Below, piece after piece: positions 56,862-64,000 of a stretch of 64,000 nt of DNA. The stretch's first letter is position 1, and the number at the start of each line of letters is the position of its first letter. Origin of the DNA: an uncultured Gammaproteobacteria bacterium (GTDB lineage Bacteria > Patescibacteriota > Patescibacteriia > Magasanikbacterales > GWA2-37-8); assembly GCA_964511375.1 (NCBI GenBank), contig CAZEEW010000004.1, positions 5,542 to 69,541 of the forward strand, in the 5' to 3' direction. Below the pieces are notes generated by a model. The model was not told the origin of the DNA. It did no database searches and worked only from the letters and a program-made list of their open reading frames with translations. The position numbers and the translations under genes are program-made.

Positions 56862-57016
56862 CAATAAAAGCAAAATTCTGAACAATTTTAGTTCAGGAAT
56901 GAATATCAACCAGTGCGGTGGAGCCTGAAGAAAGTTTGGGCGTAGATATCGCGGCAGTGGTTGGTATTTTTTCATTAAAAAATATTTTTTCAATTTAAAA
57001 AGTAACCGTATCTACT

Positions 57017-57130
57017 ATGCAAGTCAAAGCATCGGTAAAGAAAATTTGCATGAAATGCAAAGTTTTAAGGAGAAAAGGCCGAGTGGTCGTAATCTGCAGT
57101 AATCCAAAGCATAAACAACGCCAAGGATAA
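57017..57130 (+). CDS. rpmJ: 50S ribosomal protein L36
   Basis: Manual translation gives [37 protein letters not shown]. Below the ORF-track length cutoff. Confidence 0.85.
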   Translation: MQVKASVKKICMKCKVLRRKGRVVVICSNPKHKQRQG

Positions 57131-57153
57131 TTTTTGTATATATTTTAAAGTCT

Positions 57154-57540
57154 ATGCGTATTTCTGGTATCAATATCCCAAAGGACAAAAAGATCGGAAT
57201 TTCCCTTCGCTATTTATATGGCATTGGGCCGACTTTGTCCAAGAAAGTTTTAGCAGCTGCTAAAATTGACGAAAATATTCGTACTAAAGATTTATCTCCT
57301 GAAGATCAGGATAAACTTCGTGCGATTGTTGAAAAGAGCTATAAAACTGAAGGTGACCTTCGCCGTGAAGTTATGGCGAACATCAAACGTTTAAAAGACA
57401 TTAAGGCTTTCCGTGGTATTCGCCACATGCGCCATTTGCCAGTTCGTGGTCAAAGAACTAAAACAAATTCTCGTACTGTTCGCGGCAATGTTCGCAAAAC
57501 TGCTGTATCTGGCAAGAAGCCATCGGCACAAAAGACTTAA
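57154..57540 (+). CDS. rpsM: 30S ribosomal protein S13
   Basis: MRISGINIPKDKKIGISLRYLYGIG. Confidence 0.93.
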   Translation: MRISGINIPKDKKIGISLRYLYGIGPTLSKKVLAAAKIDENIRTKDLSPEDQDKLRAIVEKSYKTEGDLRREVMANIKRLKDIKAFRGIRHMRHLPVRGQRTKTNSRTVRGNVRKTAVSGKKPSAQKT

Positions 57541-57572
57541 ACTTAACCTCCAAGTAATTTACGAAATAAAAT

Positions 57573-58028
57573 ATGTCTGAAGAACAAAATGTACAAACCG
57601 TTGCTGCTGAATCAGCTCAAAAGGATGGTAAGGCCGCTGGTAAAGCAACGGGTAAAACCAAGAAGCGTAAAGTTGTACGTCAAGTACCAAAGGGCAATGC
57701 TTATGTCCAAGCTTCCTACAATAACACCATCGTAACGGTTACTGATCCAAATGGAAATGTTTTGGGTTGGTCTTCTGCTGGTGTAAATGGTTTTAAAGGT
57801 CCTAAGAAAGCAACTCCTTATGCCGCTAGTATGGTTGTTAAAGATGTTATGAACAAAATTGGTGATGTTGGCTTGAAGGAAGTAAATGTTTTTGTAAAAG
57901 GTATTGGTGGAGGCCGTGAAAGTGCTATTCGTGCTTTACACGCTAATGGTTTAACTGTGCTGGCTATATCTGACGTTACTCCTTTGCCACACAATGGTTG
58001 CCGTCCACCAAAGAGGCGTCGCGTCTAA
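57573..58028 (+). CDS. rpsK: 30S ribosomal protein S11
   Basis: AYVQASYNNTIVTVTDPNGNVLGWSSAG. Confidence 0.93.
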   Translation: MSEEQNVQTVAAESAQKDGKAAGKATGKTKKRKVVRQVPKGNAYVQASYNNTIVTVTDPNGNVLGWSSAGVNGFKGPKKATPYAASMVVKDVMNKIGDVGLKEVNVFVKGIGGGRESAIRALHANGLTVLAISDVTPLPHNGCRPPKRRRV

Positions 58029-58051
58029 TCCTTGGATAATATTTTGAATCT

Positions 58052-58612
58052 ATGAGTACTAATCCTATTGAAACAACTAACAAGATGAAGAAACCTGCTC
58101 CAGCTGCTAAGGGTTCTGGGCAATCCAAGAATCGTAAGGTATCTGGTTATGGTAAGCAATTGGCGGAAAAACAAAAAGCCAAAGAAGTCTATGGTTTGCG
58201 CGAACGTCAGTTTGCTAACTACGTGGCTAAGGCTGCCAAGAAAACTGGTGATACCAGCAAGATTCTGTTAGCTGAACTAGAATCTCGTTTAGATAACGTG
58301 GTATTTCGTGCTGGTTTAGCAGCTACTCGAGCTGCGGCTCGTCAGATGGTCAGTCACGGCCACATTTTATTAAATGGTCGCAAATTAACTGTTCCATCTT
58401 CTGTCGTAAAAGCCGGAGATGAGATCAAGGTATCTAACCGCGCTAAGGGTCGCAAGGGTTTTGAGACCATGCCGGAAAATTTAGCCAAATTAGAAGCACC
58501 AGCTTGGTTAACTGTAAATGCCAAAGATGTGAGCGCAAAAGTATTGAATGAACCAACGGTTGACATGCCAGCTTTTGACGCTAAATTAATCATTGAGTTC
58601 TATTCTCGTTAA
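58052..58612 (+). CDS. rpsD: 30S ribosomal protein S4
   Basis: S4 RNA-binding domain LESRLDNVVFRAGLA... Confidence 0.92.
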   Translation: MSTNPIETTNKMKKPAPAAKGSGQSKNRKVSGYGKQLAEKQKAKEVYGLRERQFANYVAKAAKKTGDTSKILLAELESRLDNVVFRAGLAATRAAARQMVSHGHILLNGRKLTVPSSVVKAGDEIKVSNRAKGRKGFETMPENLAKLEAPAWLTVNAKDVSAKVLNEPTVDMPAFDAKLIIEFYSR

Positions 58613-58631
58613 TTTTAACCACATATTTAGT

Positions 58632-59450
58632 ATGGAGAACTTTTTATTACCTTCCAAGGTAGAGTTCGCTCCTCAAAAGGAGGCCAATACCGCCAGTGTT
58701 GTGATCACCCCATGTTACCATGGTTATGGTACAACTTTGGGTAATGCACTACGCCGGGTATTGCTATCTTCTTTGCCAGGTGCGGCCGTGGAGTCATTTA
58801 AGATTAAGGGTGTTAACCACGAGTTTTCGACTGTTGATGGTGTTAAAGAAGATGTGGTGGAAATGATGTTGAACTTAAAACAATTAGTGGTTAAAGTACA
58901 TTCAGATGATCCCGTTGTCTTAACTTTAAGTAAAAAAGGACCAGGTCCAGTTACGGCTGGTGACATTACTCCAAATAGTGAAGTAGATGTTATTAATAAA
59001 GATTTAGTTATTGCCAATTTGACCTCCGCTAAGTCACTAGACATGGAAATCACTGTTAGCCGCGGACGTGGTTACAAACCAGCCGAAGATAAGGATCGTC
59101 AGTCACAAGATTTAGGTACGATTGTTATTGATTCAGTGTATACTCCAGTACGTGATGTTGGCTACGTAGTTGACTTTACTCGCGTAGGAGATATTACCAA
59201 CTTTGAAAAGTTGACTTTGAATATTGAAACTAATGGTACGATTACTCCGGAAGAAGCCATGCAACAAGCAACCAAAATTTTAATGGATCACTTTACGATT
59301 ATTTCCGGTGCCGTTGCACAAGGGGGCACCAATAAGGCGGAAGTGGTGGTGGAAGAAACCGTAGCCCCGGTTGAAACCACCGAAGAGGTTGTTTCAGAAG
59401 AAGAGTCTGAAGAACCTAGGAAAGCTAAGAAAAGCAAAAAGAAAGCTTAA
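58632..59450 (+). CDS. rpoA: DNA-directed RNA polymerase alpha subunit, N-terminal-domain-only with an acidic/basic tail (no alpha-CTD)
   Basis: MENFLLPSKVEF...ITPCYHGYGTTLGNALRRVLLSS alpha-NTD motifs. 273 aa ending ...EEESEEPRKAKKSKKKA. Start re-picked at 58632. Confidence 0.85.
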   Translation: MENFLLPSKVEFAPQKEANTASVVITPCYHGYGTTLGNALRRVLLSSLPGAAVESFKIKGVNHEFSTVDGVKEDVVEMMLNLKQLVVKVHSDDPVVLTLSKKGPGPVTAGDITPNSEVDVINKDLVIANLTSAKSLDMEITVSRGRGYKPAEDKDRQSQDLGTIVIDSVYTPVRDVGYVVDFTRVGDITNFEKLTLNIETNGTITPEEAMQQATKILMDHFTIISGAVAQGGTNKAEVVVEETVAPVETTEEVVSEEESEEPRKAKKSKKKA

Positions 59451-59473
59451 CTGTAATTATTTACCATAAAGGT

Positions 59474-59827
59474 ATGCGACACCAAAAGAAAAAAGTTACC
59501 TTGGATCGAAAAGCCGCTCCTCGACGCGCCTTACTTTCTAGCTTAGTCGAAAGCCTCGTTTTATTTGAAAAAATTAAAACTACTAAGGCGAAAGCAAAAG
59601 TTACTCGTTCCTTGGTTGAAAAATTAATCACTAAAGCTAAGAAAAATACCTTAGCGGCTCGTCGAGATATTGCCAAAGATCTTCACACTGAAAACGCTGT
59701 TAAAAAGTTGATGGAAGTTCTTGGCCCACGCTATGCTGAACGCAAGGGTGGTTTCACACGCTTAACTTTGGTTTCCAATAGCCGTAAAGGTGATGGTGCT
59801 GAAGAAGCAATTGTTGAATTCGTCTAA
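59474..59827 (+). CDS. rplQ: 50S ribosomal protein L17
   Basis: MRHQKKKVTLDRKAAPRRALL. Confidence 0.92.
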   Translation: MRHQKKKVTLDRKAAPRRALLSSLVESLVLFEKIKTTKAKAKVTRSLVEKLITKAKKNTLAARRDIAKDLHTENAVKKLMEVLGPRYAERKGGFTRLTLVSNSRKGDGAEEAIVEFV

Positions 59828-59838
59828 AGAACATATAT

Positions 59839-60204
59839 TTGAACACTATGGCTATTAAAAGACACACCGTCGTATTAGATGCCGCCGGACAAGCCCCAGG
59901 CCGTCTGGCTACTCAAATTGCGACAATTTTAATGGGTAAGAACAAACCAGATTATGTTCCACATATTGACTCTGGAGATAAGGTGGAAGTAATCAATGCA
60001 AAAGACATTGTTTTTACTGGTAAAAAGCTTGACCAGAAGGTTTATCGCCATCACACCAATCATCCTGGTGGTTTAAAAGAAACCGGAGCAAAAACTTTGT
60101 TTAAAGACAAACCAGAAGAAGTGGTTCGTTTGGCGGTAATTAAAATGTTGCCAAAGAATAAACTTCGAACTGCTCGGATGAAAAGACTTAAGATTAAGAA
60201 ATAG
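59839..60204 (+). CDS. rplM: 50S ribosomal protein L13
   Basis: ...ATILMGKNKPDYVPHIDSGDKV... Start may instead be 59848. Confidence 0.9.
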   Translation: MNTMAIKRHTVVLDAAGQAPGRLATQIATILMGKNKPDYVPHIDSGDKVEVINAKDIVFTGKKLDQKVYRHHTNHPGGLKETGAKTLFKDKPEEVVRLAVIKMLPKNKLRTARMKRLKIKK

Positions 60205-60215
60205 TAATATACACT

Positions 60216-60623
60216 ATGGCTAAAATTGTTAACAAAACCGATACTAACCGCGCAGTTGGTCGCCGCAAAAGCGCTTCTGCCCGCGTTAAGATCGACAAAG
60301 GTGCCGGTAAGATTACCGTTAATGGTAAAAACTTTACTGAATATTTTCCAGGCTTTGAATTACAGGAAACTGTCTTAGCTCCTTTAAAAGCTTTAGCTAA
60401 ATTAAAGGACTATGATATCTCTGCTAAAGTGGTTGGTGGAGGTTTAAAGGGTCAAGCTCAAGCTGTGCAATTAGGTATTGCTCGCAGCTTGGTAGTTTGG
60501 AATGAGGATTTCAAGAAAACTTTAAAAACCATTGGCTTACTTACTCGTGATGCTCGCGTAAAAGAAAGAAAGAAACCGGGTTTGAAAAAAGCTCGTCGTG
60601 CACCACAGTGGAGCAAACGTTAA
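60216..60623 (+). CDS. rpsI: 30S ribosomal protein S9
   Basis: GRRKSASARVKI...RRAPQWSKR C-terminus. Confidence 0.92.
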   Translation: MAKIVNKTDTNRAVGRRKSASARVKIDKGAGKITVNGKNFTEYFPGFELQETVLAPLKALAKLKDYDISAKVVGGGLKGQAQAVQLGIARSLVVWNEDFKKTLKTIGLLTRDARVKERKKPGLKKARRAPQWSKR

Positions 60624-60650
60624 TCCGTCTTTCATTTACAACATCTATAC

Positions 60651-60680
60651 AAAGCACCTGCAAACAGGTGCTTTTTTGTA
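60651..60680 (+). terminator. rho-independent terminator after rpsI (AGCACCTG-caaa-CAGGTGCT + T6)
   Basis: Perfect 8-bp stem. Confidence 0.65.
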
Positions 60681-60741
60681 ATTGAATAATCTCCTGTGGA
60701 TAATATTATATAACGCTCAAATATACAGTGTTTATCCAGCT

Positions 60742-60770
60742 TTGACAGAGCTGTGTGCATGATATATAAT
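60742..60770 (+). promoter_or_regulatory. consensus sigma-70 promoter (TTGACA-17-TATAAT) driving a ~130-nt unit
   Basis: Perfect hexamers and spacing read from the sequence. Confidence 0.6.
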
Positions 60771-60776
60771 CTATCC

Positions 60777-60907
60777 TTAGATATCAATTGTGAAAAAGAT
60801 TTTACAACAATGAAAGGTGTTTTTCTAATAATGAGGAAACGAGTGATGTGTTTTCATTTTCATAAAAAAAGTATTTAGACCTTGGCGTTAGGCCAGGGTC
60901 TTTTTTT
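60777..60907 (+). ncRNA. candidate small transcript (promoter-to-terminator unit) containing a 22-codon ORF (60810..60878, MKGVFLIMRKRVMCFHFHKKSI) without a Shine-Dalgarno
   Basis: Bounded by the consensus promoter at 60742-60770 and a hairpin + T7 terminator at 60878-60907. No protein-coding support. Confidence 0.3.
60878..60907 (+). terminator. rho-independent terminator (GACCTTGGC-gttag-GCCAGGGTC + T7)
   Basis: 9-bp stem with one G-U pair, followed by TTTTTTT. Confidence 0.55.
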
Positions 60908-61013
60908 GACCATTTGGTATAAAGAGGTGCAAACAATTTTGTATCCAGTGGCCAACCTCTTATTCCTAGGGCCGACTTCCGGCTCGTACGGTAATAGAGG
61001 TGGGGAGGGGAAT

Positions 61014-61202
61014 ATGTGCAACATGTGCCAGAAGACTAATGGTCAGCCGGAAAACTGGCCGACCGATCCTATGGCCTTGGCTCGTAAGGGCGGTGGTGCT
61101 GCAGGGCAGCCGTGCATGCCCTACATTCCAGGCTCTCTCGACGTTGAGCCGAAGCCCCTCGTCGAAGAGGAGCCAGACAACAAGTCGGAGCCGACCAAGT
61201 GA
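61014..61202 (+). CDS. small (62-aa) Cys-containing protein encoded in a local high-GC (~58%) patch with a strong Shine-Dalgarno
   Basis: GGTGGGGAGGGGAAT immediately precedes the ATG. Peptide MCNMCQKTNGQPENWPTDPMALARKGGGAAGQPCMPYIPGSLDVEPKPLVEEEPDNKSEPTK. GC3 is enriched relative to the host background. Confidence 0.4.
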   Translation: MCNMCQKTNGQPENWPTDPMALARKGGGAAGQPCMPYIPGSLDVEPKPLVEEEPDNKSEPTK

Positions 61203-61212
61203 TCGGCAGCCT

Positions 61213-61245
61213 AAACCAGTTTTCAGGTGGTTTTCCTGGTTTTTG
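61213..61245 (+). terminator. terminator candidate (AAACCAG-loop-CTGGTTT + TTTT), with an overlapping alternative hairpin GGTGGTTTT/AAAACCACC (61227-61254)
   Basis: Two mutually exclusive stems read directly from the sequence. Confidence 0.45.
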
Positions 61246-61438
61246 AAAACCACCCTAAAGATCTATTAATAGCAGTTTTCTTCGCTAGACAAGAATGATA
61301 AAAGTGGTAAGGTAAATATGTAATTGGTGTTTGTGAACACGGCTTTGGCCGTGTCCTTTGTTTAGATAGGGAAGTTTAGAGAACAATAACTTTATTAATT
61401 AAGGGCAGAGTAGTAATCTCTGTCGTGACAATAAATAT

Positions 61439-62269
61439 ATGGCTTTAAAAATTATGCGTTCATCATCCAAGGAATTTAAACCGCGAGTAAACATGTTGGT
61501 ATATGGACATGGTGGAGTGGGTAAAACAACTTTTGCCGCTTCCGCTCCCAAACCGATCTTTGCGGATTGTGAAGGCGGCACAAATTATTTTGGCCGGCGG
61601 GGGATAGAAGTTGATGTGGCGAGAATTTTAACCTGGAAGGACATGGAAGAGTTTTATCTTATGATCAAAGACAGTGACTACGAGACTATTATTATTGATC
61701 CAGCGAATGAAGCCTTAGAGAAGTTGATTACCCACCTTAAGGAGACCGGTAATTATACTAACAAGGCCGAAGGTTTGACCCTACAGGGTTGGGGAGTGGC
61801 GAAAGATAAAATGCGTTCATTTCTAAAAGCCATGCGTGATTTAGATAAACATATTGTTATTATTGCACATGTGGAAGAAAAGCAAGATGAAGGCCAAGTA
61901 CTTAAAAAGCGTCCTAAGCTGCAAGCTAACTTATCCCAAGAATTAATCGACATGATGGATATTGTTGCTTACATGCAAGTAATTAAAACTATTGACGGGG
62001 GAGTGAAGCGAATTTTACGGGTTCAACCAGAGAGTGATGTATACGAGGCAAAAGATCGGACTGGTGTGCTCGGAACAGTTATCGAGCCGGACTTTGAGAA
62101 GATCGTTGAAGCGGTGGTGGAGAACAAACAATTTGCTTGGACAAAGGAATTAGATGTACGAACTAGAGAAAACCTTCAGGAATTTGAAAGTGGACTAGAA
62201 ATTAAGAAGTTTGGTGATGTCGAAAAACAGGAAACGAAAAAGGCGAAAGAAAAACAAAAGGCGGACTAG
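61439..62269 (+). CDS. phage-type AAA_24 family ATPase (Sak4-like recombination/annealing-associated ATPase)
   Basis: N-terminal Walker A MLVYGHGGVGKTTFA followed by KPIFADCEGG, matching the AAA_24 pattern. ~250-aa size. Lys-rich C-terminus. Start could instead be 61454. Confidence 0.65.
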   Translation: MALKIMRSSSKEFKPRVNMLVYGHGGVGKTTFAASAPKPIFADCEGGTNYFGRRGIEVDVARILTWKDMEEFYLMIKDSDYETIIIDPANEALEKLITHLKETGNYTNKAEGLTLQGWGVAKDKMRSFLKAMRDLDKHIVIIAHVEEKQDEGQVLKKRPKLQANLSQELIDMMDIVAYMQVIKTIDGGVKRILRVQPESDVYEAKDRTGVLGTVIEPDFEKIVEAVVENKQFAWTKELDVRTRENLQEFESGLEIKKFGDVEKQETKKAKEKQKAD

Positions 62270-62324
62270 TCGTCTTGTGTTATAATTGCCTTTTAAGCCA
62301 TTTTCCGGTAAAATACTTAGGATT

Positions 62325-63761
62325 ATGGCTTATACCGTTACCCAAAATACTAGCTTTTTAACTTTAGCTTCCGTATTACAAAAGATTATCTCTTTTGTAT
62401 ATTTTACGATCATCGCTCGGATTATTGGTGTAGAGAATACCGGGCAATATTTTTTCGCAATTGCTTTTACTACAATCTTTACAGTCGTGGCGGACTTTGG
62501 TTTAGGACCAGTTTTTACCCGAGAAGTAGCCCGGGCACCCGAAAAGTCAGAGAAGTATCTAAATACCGTAATTACCACTAAGATCCTGTTTGGTTTAGCC
62601 GCATACTTGTTAGTAGTTTTGTTTGCTAATCTTTTGAATTATCCAATGCTTACCAAACATTTGATCTACCTTTCCGGTATCACCATGTTTTTTGACAATC
62701 TACACGCTGGTTATTATGCTCTGTTTCGAGCCAGGAAGAACTTAGTGTACGAAGCAATTGGTTTGGTTGGTTCGCAATTCCTAACTCTGGTTATTGGCAC
62801 GGTGGCCTTGGTATTAAAATGGTCTTTAATCTGGCTCATCATTGCGTATACTATTCCGGCCTTTTTAAATTTCATATTCTCTGGTTTATCTGCCAAAAGA
62901 GTATTTAAGTTAAAATACTATTTTTCTTTGTCTAAGGATATTTTGAAATGGCTGCTGCCCATGGCATTGCCTTTTGCGATCGCTGGTCTTTTGGGTCGAT
63001 TGTACTCTTACAGCGACTCTATTCTCATGTCCAAATTTTTATCTTCTGACGCGCTCGGTTACTGGAGTGTGCCTTACAAAATTACTTTTGCTTTCCAGTT
63101 TATCCCGATTGCCTTAGCCACCAGTGTTTATCCGGTCATGAGCGGATTGCATGTCAGTGAACCGAACAAAATTGGGGAGTTATTTCAAAAGTCTTGGCGG
63201 TATCTGTTTATGATCGTTTTTCCTTTGTCGCTGGGGGTGATCACCTTGGCGGAACCAATTATTTTGCATTTATATAAACCGACATTCGCTCCTTCCATTC
63301 CGGTTCTACAGATTCTTATGGTAAGCTTAATTTTTGGTTATCTAGGATTTATTACTACTGCTTTAATTAACGCAACAAATCATCAGAAGGTGCAAACCAG
63401 TTTAGTTGCCGTTGCTTTAGTAGTTAATTTATCCTTAAATTTTTTCTTACTGCCGCGGCACGGCATTCAAGGCGCGGCCTTGGCGGCATTGGGTAGTAAT
63501 ATCACCTTATGTCTTTTAGGTTATTACTTTTCTAGTCGTTATGTGAAGTTAAATCACGGCCTGATTACGAGTTATTTATTGAGTAGCTTATTCGCCGCAC
63601 TAATCATGGCTGTGGTAGTTTGGTATCTTTCAACAACAGTTCATTACCTTTTAATCATTCCCATTGGTGCCTTAGTTTACATTATAATGTTATTCCTCGT
63701 TAAAGGTGTAACTATGGAAATGGTAAGAGAAGCTAAAAGAAAAATATTTAAAACTACCTAA
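62325..63761 (+). CDS. Wzx-type polysaccharide/oligosaccharide flippase (MOP superfamily)
   Basis: Twelve to fourteen transmembrane helices (LQKIISFVYFTIIARIIGVENTGQYF...). Start re-picked at the ATG at 62325, after TATAAT at 62281-62286. Confidence 0.75.
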   Translation: MAYTVTQNTSFLTLASVLQKIISFVYFTIIARIIGVENTGQYFFAIAFTTIFTVVADFGLGPVFTREVARAPEKSEKYLNTVITTKILFGLAAYLLVVLFANLLNYPMLTKHLIYLSGITMFFDNLHAGYYALFRARKNLVYEAIGLVGSQFLTLVIGTVALVLKWSLIWLIIAYTIPAFLNFIFSGLSAKRVFKLKYYFSLSKDILKWLLPMALPFAIAGLLGRLYSYSDSILMSKFLSSDALGYWSVPYKITFAFQFIPIALATSVYPVMSGLHVSEPNKIGELFQKSWRYLFMIVFPLSLGVITLAEPIILHLYKPTFAPSIPVLQILMVSLIFGYLGFITTALINATNHQKVQTSLVAVALVVNLSLNFFLLPRHGIQGAALAALGSNITLCLLGYYFSSRYVKLNHGLITSYLLSSLFAALIMAVVVWYLSTTVHYLLIIPIGALVYIIMLFLVKGVTMEMVREAKRKIFKTT

Positions 63762-63762
63762 T

Positions 63763-64000
63763 ATGTCTACGGTTATTGTTACCAAACATTTTCCACCCGA
63801 AGTAAGTAGTAAAAGTTTCTTTTTACGAAATTTAGCTACTCATTTAACGGGAGATAATATAATTTTAGCACCTGAAGTAAAAAATAAAACAGGATCCATG
63901 GTGGATGAGAAAAACGTAAAGCGTATTAGTTTTTCCGGATTAGTATTGCCAAGTTCGTATAAAATATATTCCGAACTTAAGAAGACTCTGAAAGGTATGC
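63763..64000 (+). CDS. glycosyltransferase (GT4-like N-terminus), 3'-truncated at window edge
   Basis: MSTVIVTKHFPPEV resembles a GT4 N-terminal start. ORF runs off the window. Confidence 0.45.
   Translation, partial: MSTVIVTKHFPPEVSSKSFFLRNLATHLTGDNIILAPEVKNKTGSMVDEKNVKRISFSGLVLPSSYKIYSELKKTLKGM

Noticed and set aside
60882-61013. Longer 106-aa version of the high-GC small ORF (alternative start at 60882)
   Set aside because: The extension lies in the low-GC flank, overlaps the upstream terminator and lacks a ribosome-binding site. The ATG at 61014 has a strong GGAGGGG SD 5 nt upstream.
1-64000. tRNA, rRNA, tmRNA and CRISPR arrays
   Set aside because: Intergenic regions were scanned by eye. 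No cloverleaf-compatible ~75-nt GC-rich segment, no rRNA-like region and no regularly spaced direct repeats were seen. Short G-tract repeats near 38380-38400 and the TTTGG-rich stretch at 50330-50400 are not arrays.

Overview
The window is a 64-kb, densely coding, low-GC (~40%) bacterial chromosomal segment; gene content and compact architecture are consistent with a small-genome bacterium, possibly a Patescibacteria/CPR-like lineage (inference only). Most of it is core machinery: dnaJ, an ECF-type sigma factor with a putative anti-sigma partner, rnhA, murA, an S41 protease, era, rplI, pyrG, recJ, lepA, murJ, an RNase J-like beta-CASP nuclease, mraZ-rsmH-ftsL-like, a ClpC-like ATPase, a MraY/WecA-family transferase, rplU, dnaB-ybaB-recR, HIT, Nudix, AMMECR1, udk, peroxiredoxin, FKBP, mnmA, alaS, and an infA-rpmJ-rpsM-rpsK-rpsD-rpoA-rplQ-rplM-rpsI cluster. 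There is also a cell-surface glycan set: a polyprenyl-phosphate sugar transferase, an epimerase, GT2, GT4 genes, a GT-C-like membrane protein, GtrA and a Wzx-type flippase. No rRNA, tRNA or CRISPR array was found. Items that stand out are: (1) a ~0.6-kb block of ~65% GC at 25.45-26.03 kb carrying a gene fragment with high-GC codon usage, either horizontally acquired or an assembly chimera, possibly an IS-transposase remnant; (2) a ~1.6-kb insertion-like region after rpsI holding a promoter-to-terminator mini-transcript, a high-GC small-peptide gene with a strong Shine-Dalgarno, and a phage-type AAA_24 (Sak4-like) ATPase; (3) an 808-aa orphan protein; (4) a VirD4/TraD-like coupling-type ATPase next to a tandem zinc-ribbon protein with a textbook promoter and long leader; (5) a ClpC-like ATPase fused to an N-terminal zinc ribbon and membrane anchor inside a minimal dcw cluster; plus several other oddities. 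Products are assigned from motifs read by eye, and gene starts were re-picked where the ORF track over-extended.
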